Shown one piece after another: positions 30,280 to 39,416 of a DNA stretch of 64,000 nt. The notes beneath the pieces were generated by a model. That model did not search any database, was not told the origin of the DNA, and saw only the letters and a program-made list of their open reading frames with translations. The stretch is from sequence record OK254198.1. The stretch is one strand, 5' to 3'. The position numbers were made by a program, and so were the translations under genes. Within the stretch, counting starts at the first letter, position 1, and every line of letters begins with the position of its first letter. This DNA comes from Escherichia phage PSD2001.

Positions 30280-32112
30280 TTATAGCGTCGCATTCATCCA
30301 GTCTTTACGCTGCTGGGAATCTTTACCGAATAGCATTTCGAACAGTTCTTTCCAGTTGTCGGGCAATTGAACAACTTCGAATACCGGTTCGAGCAATACA
30401 CGTTTATACTCGGAATCTTCCAGAGAACCAAGTCCCTTGATATATCGGATGGTGTGCTTCGGAAGTTTATCCTTAGCTTCTTCATAGTCAGGAAGAGAAT
30501 AGAACCATTCTTGTTTATCTTTGAGCTGTGCAATAATAACAGGAGTTTTCACAAAGCGAATTCGTCCTTCATGGAACAGCTCCGGCCAGTTACTGAAAAA
30601 CGCCAATAATGATGGATAGATACTACCGACACCATCCACATCCGCATCTGTCATGATAGCAATGTTTCGGTAATTCATATTCTCGGCCGGCTGACCAATC
30701 GTTAACCCAGTAATTGCACACACATCAAAGGCTTCGGCGTTCTTCATAACGTCAACGGCTTTCAGACCCCATGTGTTTTTAAACTTACCACGTAATGGAT
30801 AAGCACCTTGCAATTCACGGTCGCGAACCTTGATAAATGGACCAGTTGCAGAATCACCCTCGGTCAGGAACAGAGTCGTTTCCAGCTTATCATTGCCCCA
30901 TTCGTTGGCCTTGATATGCTTCTGTACCTTGGCCTTTGAAGCTTTCTTATTTGCCTTAGTCTCTGCTGCTTTCTCTGCAGCCAATTTACGGGCTAACGCA
31001 GCTTCAACAATCGGCATAATCAGCGGTTCATTTTTCAGAATAGCTTGCGCGATTTTCTTAGCATCAATCTTAATGTGATTTCGGATTTCACCAGCCGGAG
31101 AAGTCAATCGCTCCTTGGTCTGGGAATCAAATCGCATGTTGCTCATATCGCGGATGAACATAAGCATGGTGAGACATTCTTTAACTCGTGCCTTGGTCAC
31201 CTCGATGCCTTTATATTTGCGCTTAATCGCCGGCTGAAGGTGTTCACAGATATCATCCATAACACATTCAACGTGGTGTCCGCCATTCTTTGTATGAATG
31301 TTGTTGACATAAGTCAGCTGACGGAAACCGTCCGGGCTGGTCGTAAAGGCCATCGATACTGTATCAGTTTCCTGGATAACAACTTCAGTCCCGAATTGCT
31401 TGGAGAACTTCTTGAAATTACCATCAACCTTTTTACCATTAAAGGTGAACTGAATATCCGGATAAACAACCGCGAGAGTTTGCAGACGGTCCAATGTAAT
31501 ATCCAGATAAATCTGGGACAGACTATTTTCTTCAAAGTGACTAAAATCTGGAACAAATATAACAGTTGTACCTTTGCCCTTAGATTTCTTGGTGGACCAA
31601 CCTTTGTTTTCCATACCGTTGGAGCAGTTAACGGTGATTTCATTTGCACCATCAGCGGTAATCCCGGTGAACAATACAGAGAAAATATTGGTCAGAGAAG
31701 ACCCGACACCATTCATCCCGCCAGTTTTACGTTCAGCATCATCACCGAAGTTGCCACCGGCTTTTGGAATAGTCCATGCTGCAACAGGGCCAGGGATTTG
31801 TTCACCGTTTTGGTCTGTAACCATTGCTTGTGGAATACCACGGCCATTATCAGAAACCGAAATCTGATTATCTTTAATTTGGACATCAATTTTATTGGCA
31901 AATTTAAAACTGGTGCGAATTGCTTCATCAACAGAGTTATCGATAATTTCATCAATCAGTTTTACAATACCAGGAACATAGCTTACGGACTTATATTCAC
32001 CAAACAAGAATCGCTCATGCGCTTCATTTGAACTGGAACCAATATACATCCCGGAACGTTTTTTGATATGTTCGACGTCCGAGAGTACTTTAATTTCATT
32101 ATTAATCATCAT
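30280..32112 (-). CDS. 39: DNA topoisomerase II large (ATPase) subunit, uninterrupted 39+60 fusion form
   Basis: 610 aa single ORF; GyrB-like N-terminus; longer than the split T4 gp39 as recalled, consistent with a contiguous 39+60. Confidence 0.93.
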   Translation of the reverse strand: MMINNEIKVLSDVEHIKKRSGMYIGSSSNEAHERFLFGEYKSVSYVPGIVKLIDEIIDNSVDEAIRTSFKFANKIDVQIKDNQISVSDNGRGIPQAMVTDQNGEQIPGPVAAWTIPKAGGNFGDDAERKTGGMNGVGSSLTNIFSVLFTGITADGANEITVNCSNGMENKGWSTKKSKGKGTTVIFVPDFSHFEENSLSQIYLDITLDRLQTLAVVYPDIQFTFNGKKVDGNFKKFSKQFGTEVVIQETDTVSMAFTTSPDGFRQLTYVNNIHTKNGGHHVECVMDDICEHLQPAIKRKYKGIEVTKARVKECLTMLMFIRDMSNMRFDSQTKERLTSPAGEIRNHIKIDAKKIAQAILKNEPLIMPIVEAALARKLAAEKAAETKANKKASKAKVQKHIKANEWGNDKLETTLFLTEGDSATGPFIKVRDRELQGAYPLRGKFKNTWGLKAVDVMKNAEAFDVCAITGLTIGQPAENMNYRNIAIMTDADVDGVGSIYPSLLAFFSNWPELFHEGRIRFVKTPVIIAQLKDKQEWFYSLPDYEEAKDKLPKHTIRYIKGLGSLEDSEYKRVLLEPVFEVVQLPDNWKELFEMLFGKDSQQRKDWMNATL

Positions 32113-32162
32113 CTTTCCTCTTGTGTATGGAGGTATTATAAGTCACATATTTTAAAGCAAAA

Positions 32163-32176
32163 AGGCCCGAAGGCCT
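32163..32176 (-). terminator. rho-independent terminator after 32178..32582
   Basis: aggccCGAAggcct + T-run. Confidence 0.65.
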
Positions 32177-32177
32177 T

Positions 32178-32582
32178 TTATTTGAATCGAAGCTGCTCTA
32201 ACATTTTAATAGCTTGTAGGCGCCCGGCTTCAGTTTTAACCGTAATAATAACATCGCCGCCGGTAACAACGATATCCTCTTTTGATTCCTGTTCGGTTAT
32301 TTCAGAATCATATTCCTTTATCGGGGTTTCTTCAAAATATTTAAATTCATCACCAAAAATAAGACCGGTTCCATTACGGCTATGGAAAGAAAATTCAGTT
32401 CCATCGATAGTACTAAATTCCGTAACAACATTTGCTTCCATCTTAGTGACTGAAAACTCTTTGGTAGTAACCAAATCAATGATAGAGGTTCCTTGTTGGT
32501 TCAAAATGCTACCAGGCATACCGACATGTTTAAGGAAGCCATCTAAATCTTTAATGTGATAACTCTTTCCAATTTTAAACAT
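32178..32582 (-). CDS. hypothetical protein (134 aa)
   Basis: Internal Met with GAGGA RBS; upstream extension overlaps the lipoprotein gene; terminator hairpin directly downstream. Confidence 0.5.
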   Translation of the reverse strand: MFKIGKSYHIKDLDGFLKHVGMPGSILNQQGTSIIDLVTTKEFSVTKMEANVVTEFSTIDGTEFSFHSRNGTGLIFGDEFKYFEETPIKEYDSEITEQESKEDIVVTGGDVIITVKTEAGRLQAIKMLEQLRFK

Positions 32583-32589
32583 AATATCC

Positions 32590-32850
32590 TCATTCGAATC
32601 GGATGGTTGAATTCTTAAACAGCAATCCAGAACAAACAGTTCCTTTAACTTTCTTACCAGTTGGCCCGACGGCCGTAAAGCCTGTATGTTGGAAATCATC
32701 TTCAGAGCAACCCATCCAGTTATATCCGGTGATTTGGATTTGCTCATAGCCGTTTGCATCTAATACACGAATGGCATTATCTGCATCAGTACAACCAGCC
32801 AATGAAACCGCCAGTACCAGTGCTGCAATAGAACGATTAATGTATTTCAT
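32590..32850 (-). CDS. small lipoprotein (86 aa; signal peptide with LAGC lipobox)
   Basis: MKYINRSIAALVLAVSLAGCTD... lipoprotein signal peptide. Confidence 0.6.
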   Translation of the reverse strand: MKYINRSIAALVLAVSLAGCTDADNAIRVLDANGYEQIQITGYNWMGCSEDDFQHTGFTAVGPTGKKVKGTVCSGLLFKNSTIRFE

Positions 32851-32856
32851 AATTTC

Positions 32857-33033
32857 TCACTTAGTCAGCAGGTCGTAAAAACCGCCATTAACATGTTTAG
32901 GAGCCGAGACTAACCGAACAGCCAGCCGATGGCAATCAGGACAAACATCATTATCTCTTTCAGAGATTTTCTTGATTTTTTCGTATTCTTTCGCGCAGTC
33001 ATTGGATTGGCATTTGTAGTCATAAAGTGGCAT
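32857..33033 (-). CDS. zinc-ribbon protein (58 aa; FmdB-like CxxxxC...CPDC); not in ORF track
   Basis: Hand-translated MPLYDYKCQSNDCAKEYEKIKKISERDNDVCPDCHRLAVRLVSAPKHVNGG...; AAGGA RBS. Confidence 0.55.
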   Translation of the reverse strand: MPLYDYKCQSNDCAKEYEKIKKISERDNDVCPDCHRLAVRLVSAPKHVNGGFYDLLTK

Positions 33034-33034
33034 G

Positions 33035-33409
33035 TTATTCCTTAAAATGTGCTTTCAACATCTGGTAAACGGTCCAGGCTTCAGAGTTATTAGAAATAGT
33101 GATTTTAGTCAAAGGGAATTCGCTTGGTTCAAATGCTTCATCAGCGTCTTCACATTCATCTTCAGTATCGTCATCTTTTTCTTCTTCAAAGAAACGACGT
33201 TCATCTTCCTTTATGAATATTCTCTCTATTCCACCGGTCGAAAATTCTATCCGATATACATCACCACCTTCAATTCCGACTGGTCTAAATCCTTCACCAT
33301 TGATTATAGCATCAGCTATATTATCATTATCAGAGCATAACAAACGGAATCTGCTTTCAGCAACATTATCTTTAAAATAATACCATTTATCAGTTTCAAA
33401 TTTCAACAT
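33035..33409 (-). CDS. hypothetical acidic protein (124 aa)
   Basis: Internal Met with AGGAGA RBS; acidic tract EEEKDDDTEDECEDADEAFEPSEF. Confidence 0.5.
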   Translation of the reverse strand: MLKFETDKWYYFKDNVAESRFRLLCSDNDNIADAIINGEGFRPVGIEGGDVYRIEFSTGGIERIFIKEDERRFFEEEKDDDTEDECEDADEAFEPSEFPLTKITISNNSEAWTVYQMLKAHFKE

Positions 33410-33626
33410 GATAAGTCTCCTTCCAAAAATCTGTACCATCTTCTGATTCTTCGCGGAACAGCGCATAGCTGGGTAGTTCCGCACCTTCATACGCATACAC
33501 ATAAATGATGTCAGTGGTGCAAAGAAATTCATTGATATTTTTCTTAACAATCACTTTATCACTTTCAGCGGTTTCCCAGAACTCTTCAGCGGTCAGGGAA
33601 GTGGTCACGCAATCTTCATTAAACAT
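33396..33626 (-). CDS. hypothetical acidic protein (76 aa)
   Basis: ORF track; GAGGAG RBS. Confidence 0.5.
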   Translation of the reverse strand: MFNEDCVTTSLTAEEFWETAESDKVIVKKNINEFLCTTDIIYVYAYEGAELPSYALFREESEDGTDFWKETYHVEI

Positions 33627-33672
33627 AATATTCTCCTCAATGATAGGGCAAAAACCCTATCATTTTTATAAT

Positions 33673-34164
33673 TTAGGCAAAATGAATATCAGCATACTCA
33701 ACGATAAAGCTCTCAGGAACAACCTTAAAGGTTCCAAGGAATACGATATTATACAGTTTGACACCTTCTTCAACCCACTGGTCGGTGATGTAACCGGACA
33801 TACTAGTGGTTTCATAAGTCGGACCGTACTTGCAATTGTATTCAAACGGTTTAGGTGAAACGAAAAAGACACCTTTACCTAATTTCCATTTAAAATCAAC
33901 CCCAACATGAGACTGGTCGATGGTTTCAACTTCTTCAACCACAGGGGCGATATATCCAGTAAATTCAGTTGATTCCAGGAATTTAGGATGTACATAAGCC
34001 AATTGAGTTTCAGCATGACCATGTTTAGGAATAATACGCACTTTAACTTCTTTAATTCCACCCACTAAATTAGTGCGAAGACCTACAACCTCAACAAAAC
34101 GACCAGCAGCTTTAGAACGAGATTCTTTAGAAACACGTACAATATCACCAGCTTCAACTTTCAT
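33673..34164 (-). CDS. hypothetical protein (163 aa), paralog of 34244..34999 by C-terminal domain
   Basis: Shared C-terminal motif GY.TDQW.E.GV.L.N.V..G.F.VVP.S..VE; early promoter cassette upstream. Confidence 0.6.
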   Translation of the reverse strand: MKVEAGDIVRVSKESRSKAAGRFVEVVGLRTNLVGGIKEVKVRIIPKHGHAETQLAYVHPKFLESTEFTGYIAPVVEEVETIDQSHVGVDFKWKLGKGVFFVSPKPFEYNCKYGPTYETTSMSGYITDQWVEEGVKLYNIVFLGTFKVVPESFIVEYADIHFA

Positions 34165-34204
34165 AATTTTCTCTCTTGGTTAATAAGTTTATTCTCCAGT
34201 GGGA

Positions 34205-34240
34205 CCATTATACTCTGGCCCCAAGAGTTTGTACACTTTA
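34205..34240 (-). promoter_or_regulatory. early promoter cassette with stem-loop
   Basis: gggaccattatactctggcccc...tttgtacact; upstream of 33673..34164. Confidence 0.55.
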
Positions 34241-34243
34241 AAT

Positions 34244-34999
34244 TTAATTAAAAATTTCAACAACCATGGAACGTGGTACAACAGTAAATTCACCAGCATG
34301 GACAACGTTCAGGAGTTCAACACCATCCTCAATCCACTGGTCTGTTACCCAACCACAAATGGAACTGTTAAATGGGCGTTTGATTTGAACTGGTTTACAC
34401 AACAAGTCAATAGGGTCACCCAGTTCGCTAACTTCTTTCAGCAGCACAGATTCACGCGGATAAAGGATAGCTTCAAGATTGTCACCTGATTCATTGACTG
34501 CAGTAAATTCAAAGATGCTTTGGTGATTGTGGTACTTAACTGTTTTAACGGTAAATGGAGTAAATCCAAAAATACCTTTCAGTACGCGCCAACCAGCATG
34601 CATTGCAACAGTCTTTCCAAATTGACTATCATCTTCAATAAGCTGATAGGTTTTACCAACTTTGATAGGAGTTTCTTCAACTTCTTTGAAGAGTTCAATC
34701 TCAGCTTCATAAACCATAATTTTTTCTACTTCATTAGTATCAAGGCGACGTGCATGCAGAATATATGCTTTATCAAACCAGTTACTTTTTACAAAAGTTT
34801 CAACAATAAATTCGCCTTCACCTAAAGCATCAGTCAAAGTATTATATCCAGAAACCATAGCTGCGTTTTGAATAATAGGTTCAATCAGTTGATAAGTTTT
34901 GTTAATTTCAATAGTCATATTTTGTTTCTCAAGTTTTAATGGTTTAATTGGGCGAACATACATACTTACAACATCAAAGTCAATAAATTCTGGTTTCAT
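34244..34999 (-). CDS. hypothetical protein (251 aa) with internal repeat and C-terminal domain shared with 33673..34164
   Basis: Internal duplication (..NKTYQLIEP.. / ..GKTYQLIEDD..); shared C-terminal domain. Confidence 0.6.
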   Translation of the reverse strand: MKPEFIDFDVVSMYVRPIKPLKLEKQNMTIEINKTYQLIEPIIQNAAMVSGYNTLTDALGEGEFIVETFVKSNWFDKAYILHARRLDTNEVEKIMVYEAEIELFKEVEETPIKVGKTYQLIEDDSQFGKTVAMHAGWRVLKGIFGFTPFTVKTVKYHNHQSIFEFTAVNESGDNLEAILYPRESVLLKEVSELGDPIDLLCKPVQIKRPFNSSICGWVTDQWIEDGVELLNVVHAGEFTVVPRSMVVEIFN

Positions 35000-35256
35000 T
35001 ATGCAACCTTATTGAACATCGCCAGTTGATTAGGTTGTACAACCATAATTTCACGACGACCTTTTGCATTTGACACGTTCAGGTAGATGCCTTTGTTCAT
35101 GTCTGTTTCTTTATCATATACCGCAATTTTATTGACAGTAAAGATTTTACCACGAATATTTGTAAATGCACATTCAAACGCTTTAGTCAGACCTGCTTCA
35201 GCAGCTTGAAGAGCAGACATTTCATATTGTTGGCCAATTTCAAAAGAAGTAATCAT
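34999..35256 (-). CDS. hypothetical protein (85 aa)
   Basis: Internal Met with GAGGA RBS; the track ORF's 5' extension (STTDEDNK) is the translated conserved leader cassette. Confidence 0.5.
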   Translation of the reverse strand: MITSFEIGQQYEMSALQAAEAGLTKAFECAFTNIRGKIFTVNKIAVYDKETDMNKGIYLNVSNAKGRREIMVVQPNQLAMFNKVA

Positions 35257-35287
35257 TTTGTTATCCTCATCAGTAGTTGATGAGATG

Positions 35288-35325
35288 ATTATGTCTCTTT
35301 CCATTGGCCTTGTACACTACTTTTT
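35288..35325 (-). promoter_or_regulatory. early promoter cassette
   Basis: gattatg...cttgtacactactttttat; between dexA and 34999..35256. Confidence 0.5.
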
Positions 35326-36010
35326 ATCGTTTTTTCGGCAAAGATAATGGGTCTGCATCTTCTTCGGAAGGAACTTCATCTAAACCAAGAGCATAGCGCT
35401 GGGCATACTTCAACATCAAAATATCTTTCGCGCAGTCATGTACCGAATCGTGCGCCACAAATCCATCTAAAGTCCCTTTTGGTAATGGGGTTTCACACAT
35501 CTTACGGACGAGTGACAGGGCTTCGATTGCTGTCCTAATATCACGCTGGTTCCAGAATACAACCGGCTCCAGGTCATAGGTATTCAATTCACGCTCAGGA
35601 ATCCCCTCATTGCGCTGTAGGTCGCGGATAAGGTCAACAAACAACGGGAAGTCAAAAGACATTCCACGGCACCACATAAGGCTTTCGTATTTGTTAATTC
35701 CATTGCCATTCAGATAGTCAATCGCCTGTTGGATACCGGTCAGAGTATCAATATCATGCGCAGAAGGAGCCAGGTTAACACGAGCTTCTGGTGATTGTTT
35801 TTTCCACCAACCCATGGTTGTTGTGTCGAACAACCGCTTACCTTTTTGGTATTCGAGGCTGAACTTAATACGTTTGCCGCGATTAACCAGGGTTTCGAAT
35901 GATTCCACAATAGCAGGGTCAGATTCGAATGTAATCAGAGCCAGGTCAATAACGGCCCCCTTCGAGCCGTTTCCCAGAGTTTCAAAGTCAATAATAGCAT
36001 CAATCATCAC
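35324..36010 (-). CDS. dexA: exonuclease A (DexA)
   Basis: 228 aa; ...IDFETLG...AVIDLA...WCRGMSFDFP..VDLIRD...LPKGTLDGFVAHDS.HDCAKDI.M.KYA.RYA.GL... matches T4 DexA. Confidence 0.92.
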   Translation of the reverse strand: MMIDAIIDFETLGNGSKGAVIDLALITFESDPAIVESFETLVNRGKRIKFSLEYQKGKRLFDTTTMGWWKKQSPEARVNLAPSAHDIDTLTGIQQAIDYLNGNGINKYESLMWCRGMSFDFPLFVDLIRDLQRNEGIPERELNTYDLEPVVFWNQRDIRTAIEALSLVRKMCETPLPKGTLDGFVAHDSVHDCAKDILMLKYAQRYALGLDEVPSEEDADPLSLPKKR

Positions 36011-36239
36011 ACATCTCTTTTAATTTCTGAATTTCGCCAGCAACATAATCAGAGATAAAAATCCCTGGCTCTTCATTGTTAAAATATTCAATCGCGGCCA
36101 TACGTTTCCGAATAAGATTCAGTTCCAGTAAAACGTAATTACCCTGTTGGACGATAGTCGGATTATCTTCGAAAAATTCAACCGCGTCCTGAATACCATA
36201 GATAAGAGTATCTAAATCTTCTTTATGTACTTTATACAT
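36000..36239 (-). CDS. hypothetical protein (79 aa), dexA.1-like
   Basis: ORF track; short overlaps with dda and dexA. Confidence 0.45.
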   Translation of the reverse strand: MYKVHKEDLDTLIYGIQDAVEFFEDNPTIVQQGNYVLLELNLIRKRMAAIEYFNNEEPGIFISDYVAGEIQKLKEMCDD

Positions 36240-37560
36240 AATATGCGTCGTACCTCGCTCGTGTGATTCCTACATAAGCCAACTGGCTCGCTAATGAAGC
36301 TTCGGCCATATGGATGCATGGAGTATAGATGAATGCTTTGTCCACTGAAACGCCCTGGGCCTTGTGGATTGTACTGACCGGAAGAGCACGAACTTTCAAG
36401 AAGGTCCGGCGAGCTTTCCAGAAGTCTTTCCACTCTGGACGTTTACCAGCGGCTTTCATCTGTTTGTATGTGTCAGCAACTTTAGCCAGATATGCCTGGA
36501 ATTTCGGTTGCTGGTCTTCTGGTAAAACTTTGATGCGGTCAACCTGATATTCTTCATCTTCATCAATTGACTCAACTTCCAGGTCCCAGTAATTAATCAC
36601 TAACTGGTGCGATTCACCTTTACAACGGAGAATTGTGGAAGTGTATTTGCAATCCTTGATGCGAACCAACTGACCATTATTAAAAATGGTTTCGCTGAAT
36701 TTCTTACCTTCAAATTCCAGCTCTTTCATGTGTGGCTCTTGCATAACCAGGACTTCATACGGTAAAAATGCTTTATCCGTTTCATAGAGCTTACGGCGAA
36801 TGATATTGTTCAGTTTTTCAACTGATTTATTCGTGTAAGCATACATCCGGTTTTCCATCAACATATCAGCATCTTTTACAATACTGAAATAGTTTATCAT
36901 GAAATCCTTTAAAGCGGTTTGTGAGGTGAAACCTTGTACGCCATGACCTTCATACATACAATCACGGAACCAGCCACCATTACGAATTTCTGTCGCCACT
37001 TCAATGATAGGAGCATTGCTTCGCATGACCTCAGTCAGATGAATCTGTTTGAACTTAGGATGCGTAAAGAATGGGCTTATCTTTTGTTGTGTGCTTCCTG
37101 GGTCAACTGGTTGCAGCTGGTGCATATCACCAATCCCAAGAATAGTACACCATTCAGGAACAGAGTTAAGAATAATCTTAAACAGAGACCCGTCATACAT
37201 ACTTGCTTCATCACAAACCAGAACATTGCATTTTGACATGTCAGGCATTTCGCGCTGTTCAAAAACGTTTTGGTCTTCATATGTGGTCGGGTTAATCTTC
37301 AGAATACTATGGATTGTATTCGCCGTTTGACCAGACAATTTAGATAGAACCTTTTTTGCCTGGTGAGTTGGTGCAGCAAGCACAATTCCCATAACTCCAT
37401 TACGCACTAAGTGGTCAATGACAAATTTTGTCAGAGTAGTTTTACCTGTGCCAGCTGGGCCATTCAGAGTGATACATTCCCCTGAACGTCGCTGAATAGC
37501 TTCAGTGATATAATCAAAAGCTTCTTTTTGTCCTGTGTTCAAGTCTTCAAATTTAATCAT
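36232..37560 (-). CDS. dda: Dda DNA helicase (SF1)
   Basis: 442 aa; Walker A GPAGTGKTTLTKF; matches T4 Dda throughout. Confidence 0.95.
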   Translation of the reverse strand: MIKFEDLNTGQKEAFDYITEAIQRRSGECITLNGPAGTGKTTLTKFVIDHLVRNGVMGIVLAAPTHQAKKVLSKLSGQTANTIHSILKINPTTYEDQNVFEQREMPDMSKCNVLVCDEASMYDGSLFKIILNSVPEWCTILGIGDMHQLQPVDPGSTQQKISPFFTHPKFKQIHLTEVMRSNAPIIEVATEIRNGGWFRDCMYEGHGVQGFTSQTALKDFMINYFSIVKDADMLMENRMYAYTNKSVEKLNNIIRRKLYETDKAFLPYEVLVMQEPHMKELEFEGKKFSETIFNNGQLVRIKDCKYTSTILRCKGESHQLVINYWDLEVESIDEDEEYQVDRIKVLPEDQQPKFQAYLAKVADTYKQMKAAGKRPEWKDFWKARRTFLKVRALPVSTIHKAQGVSVDKAFIYTPCIHMAEASLASQLAYVGITRARYDAYYV

Positions 37561-37856
37561 GCCAATTTTACTCGCTTAACATATAAAGTATCTAAAACTA
37601 ATTTCAATTCTCGTGCGTGTTCTTCAGTAGGAAAAACTGTTTTTGTTTCGCGCTTATCAAACCACCATTTTCTGGGAATATACCGTGTTTCAATACGTCC
37701 CATGCGTAAATAGCGGTTTGTAGTATATGAATAGTTGGCAAGTTCATATTCTGCGCCCGCTTTTGTGGTGTATAAGGTAACCTTTCCATCATACTCCAAT
37801 GGGCGTTCAAAACCATCTTTATCTTTGTGAACCAGCACATATGCGTAGTACATCAC
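37557..37856 (-). CDS. hypothetical protein (99 aa), dda.1-like
   Basis: ORF track; 4-nt overlap with dda. Confidence 0.5.
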   Translation of the reverse strand: MMYYAYVLVHKDKDGFERPLEYDGKVTLYTTKAGAEYELANYSYTTNRYLRMGRIETRYIPRKWWFDKRETKTVFPTEEHARELKLVLDTLYVKRVKLA

Positions 37857-37857
37857 A

Positions 37858-38601
37858 TTAACCTCTAATCAGTTTAAAAATTGACGCGTTCAAAGGTAGA
37901 CCACGTTTCAGTTTAAGGCGGTCAATGAATGACAACTTATCTAAACGCTCCAGACCTTGAATAATTTTATCATACATATCGTAACGCGTTTCAGCGTCAG
38001 ATGATTTCATTTTCAGACGCCAGTCAGGACCACCCATAACCATTTTCAGCCCACGTTGACTAGTTCCGATGGAAGCCATTTGTCCATGGATACGAGCCTT
38101 GACTGCAATCACAGAAGGGGTGGTATCTTTAGCGCCACTTTTATAAAGCTCTTTTAAATGTTTTTGACGTTTCTTGATTCCACGTTCGGTATCTTTAATA
38201 TTTTTAACAATTTTGCGAATTTTATAATAGTCAGCAGGAGTTACTTTAAAACTATTGGGCATCTTAGAACCGCCATTAATACGCACCGCCAAACGAGTCT
38301 GCGCACGTTTAAGTTCATCAAGAGATAAATCAGCACGTAAACCGTTGTACTTAGTTTTGACAGGGATAACATTGCCTTCAATATAACCTATATCATTGTT
38401 AAAGCGTTCAAAGGAAACTTTATCTTGAGTTGAATTTTCATCAAAACGTTCACCAGAATACGCACAGAATTCTTGTTTCAAAAGATTGGCGATATACTTA
38501 CTAGACAGATTGAAATCCTTGTTACGACGTTTTGCAGACGTTTTGGTATGCTCGCGACGTTTGTAAACTTTTAATTCAAACTCTTCTTTTGACATATTCA
38601 T
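37858..38601 (-). CDS. hypothetical protein (247 aa) in the T4 srd position; contains a possible degenerate HNH/His-Me-finger-like segment
   Basis: Position and size; CAYSGERF...SFERFNNDIGYIEGNVIPV segment; assignment uncertain. Confidence 0.45.
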   Translation of the reverse strand: MNMSKEEFELKVYKRREHTKTSAKRRNKDFNLSSKYIANLLKQEFCAYSGERFDENSTQDKVSFERFNNDIGYIEGNVIPVKTKYNGLRADLSLDELKRAQTRLAVRINGGSKMPNSFKVTPADYYKIRKIVKNIKDTERGIKKRQKHLKELYKSGAKDTTPSVIAVKARIHGQMASIGTSQRGLKMVMGGPDWRLKMKSSDAETRYDMYDKIIQGLERLDKLSFIDRLKLKRGLPLNASIFKLIRG

Positions 38602-38646
38602 GATATTTTTCTCATCTTACGGACGATTGAAAACTCAGTATGGATT

Positions 38647-38685
38647 CATTATACACTATACATCTTTTATGTACACTACTTTTTA
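38647..38685 (-). promoter_or_regulatory. early promoter cassette
   Basis: aactcagtatggattcattat...tgtacactactttttag; upstream of the srd-slot gene. Confidence 0.55.
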
Positions 38686-38757
38686 GCCTTTAACGCTTTT
38701 ATTTTTACTGTGTATAATGGTTCTAAGGTCTTTGGCCTTTTGTTAACCCAGAATACT

Positions 38758-39372
38758 TCAGTAAGAAAGAACGGAAAGATTCCATAATTTATAGTCTTCC
38801 CATCTATAAATGCTCTCAATAGAGTCCACGCGTAGCGTAGTTCCCGCAGGGAACATCATCTCATCTTCATCATTTACTAATTGCAAGTTTGAAGAACGAG
38901 TTATTTCAGGATATAGTCCATTGAACTCTTCAGGAGGTGCCGCACAAATCATTTTAAAAATCGCTTCCTGATAATCAAATGCGAATGGTGCATCATTAAT
39001 ACAGAAAATATTTTTGGTTCCATAGAAGCTAAAGGAAGCAAAGTTACGCGCAACACTGAAATCTTTGGAGAAACTCATTACACGGTCAAACTCAATCGTA
39101 GCACCAACACATCCTACGGTTTCAAGATATGCCAAAGTTTTCTTAGAAATCCCGCGATATAACTTACCAGGCACAACAGAAGTCAAATTCTTACGAATAA
39201 TTTTGTTCAAAGTTTCCTGGATAGTGTCTGGCTTATTTTCCATGCACTGCCAGAGTGTACTCTGTTCCAACTCAGAGTAAATTTCATCAATTTCAATCTG
39301 GGTATTTTCACGAAAATATTCACATTTAACTGCATTGATGTACTCTGCTAATTGGTGACTTGCGTACAGCAT
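38758..39372 (-). CDS. modA: ADP-ribosyltransferase, ModA-like
   Basis: 204 aa from internal Met with GAGGA RBS; R (LYRGIS), S (SFS) and E-x-E-like (EDEMMF) motifs; paralog of the next gene; position after srd slot. Confidence 0.6.
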   Translation of the reverse strand: MLYASHQLAEYINAVKCEYFRENTQIEIDEIYSELEQSTLWQCMENKPDTIQETLNKIIRKNLTSVVPGKLYRGISKKTLAYLETVGCVGATIEFDRVMSFSKDFSVARNFASFSFYGTKNIFCINDAPFAFDYQEAIFKMICAAPPEEFNGLYPEITRSSNLQLVNDEDEMMFPAGTTLRVDSIESIYRWEDYKLWNLSVLSY

Positions 39373-39416
39373 TTTATTATCCTCATCAGTAGTTGATAGG
39401 AACATCTTAACGTGTC

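Noticed and set aside
36212-36433. 73-aa minus-strand ORF, and 19891..20079
   Set aside because: They overlap the dda and 19904..20236 coding regions in another frame and are almost certainly non-coding.
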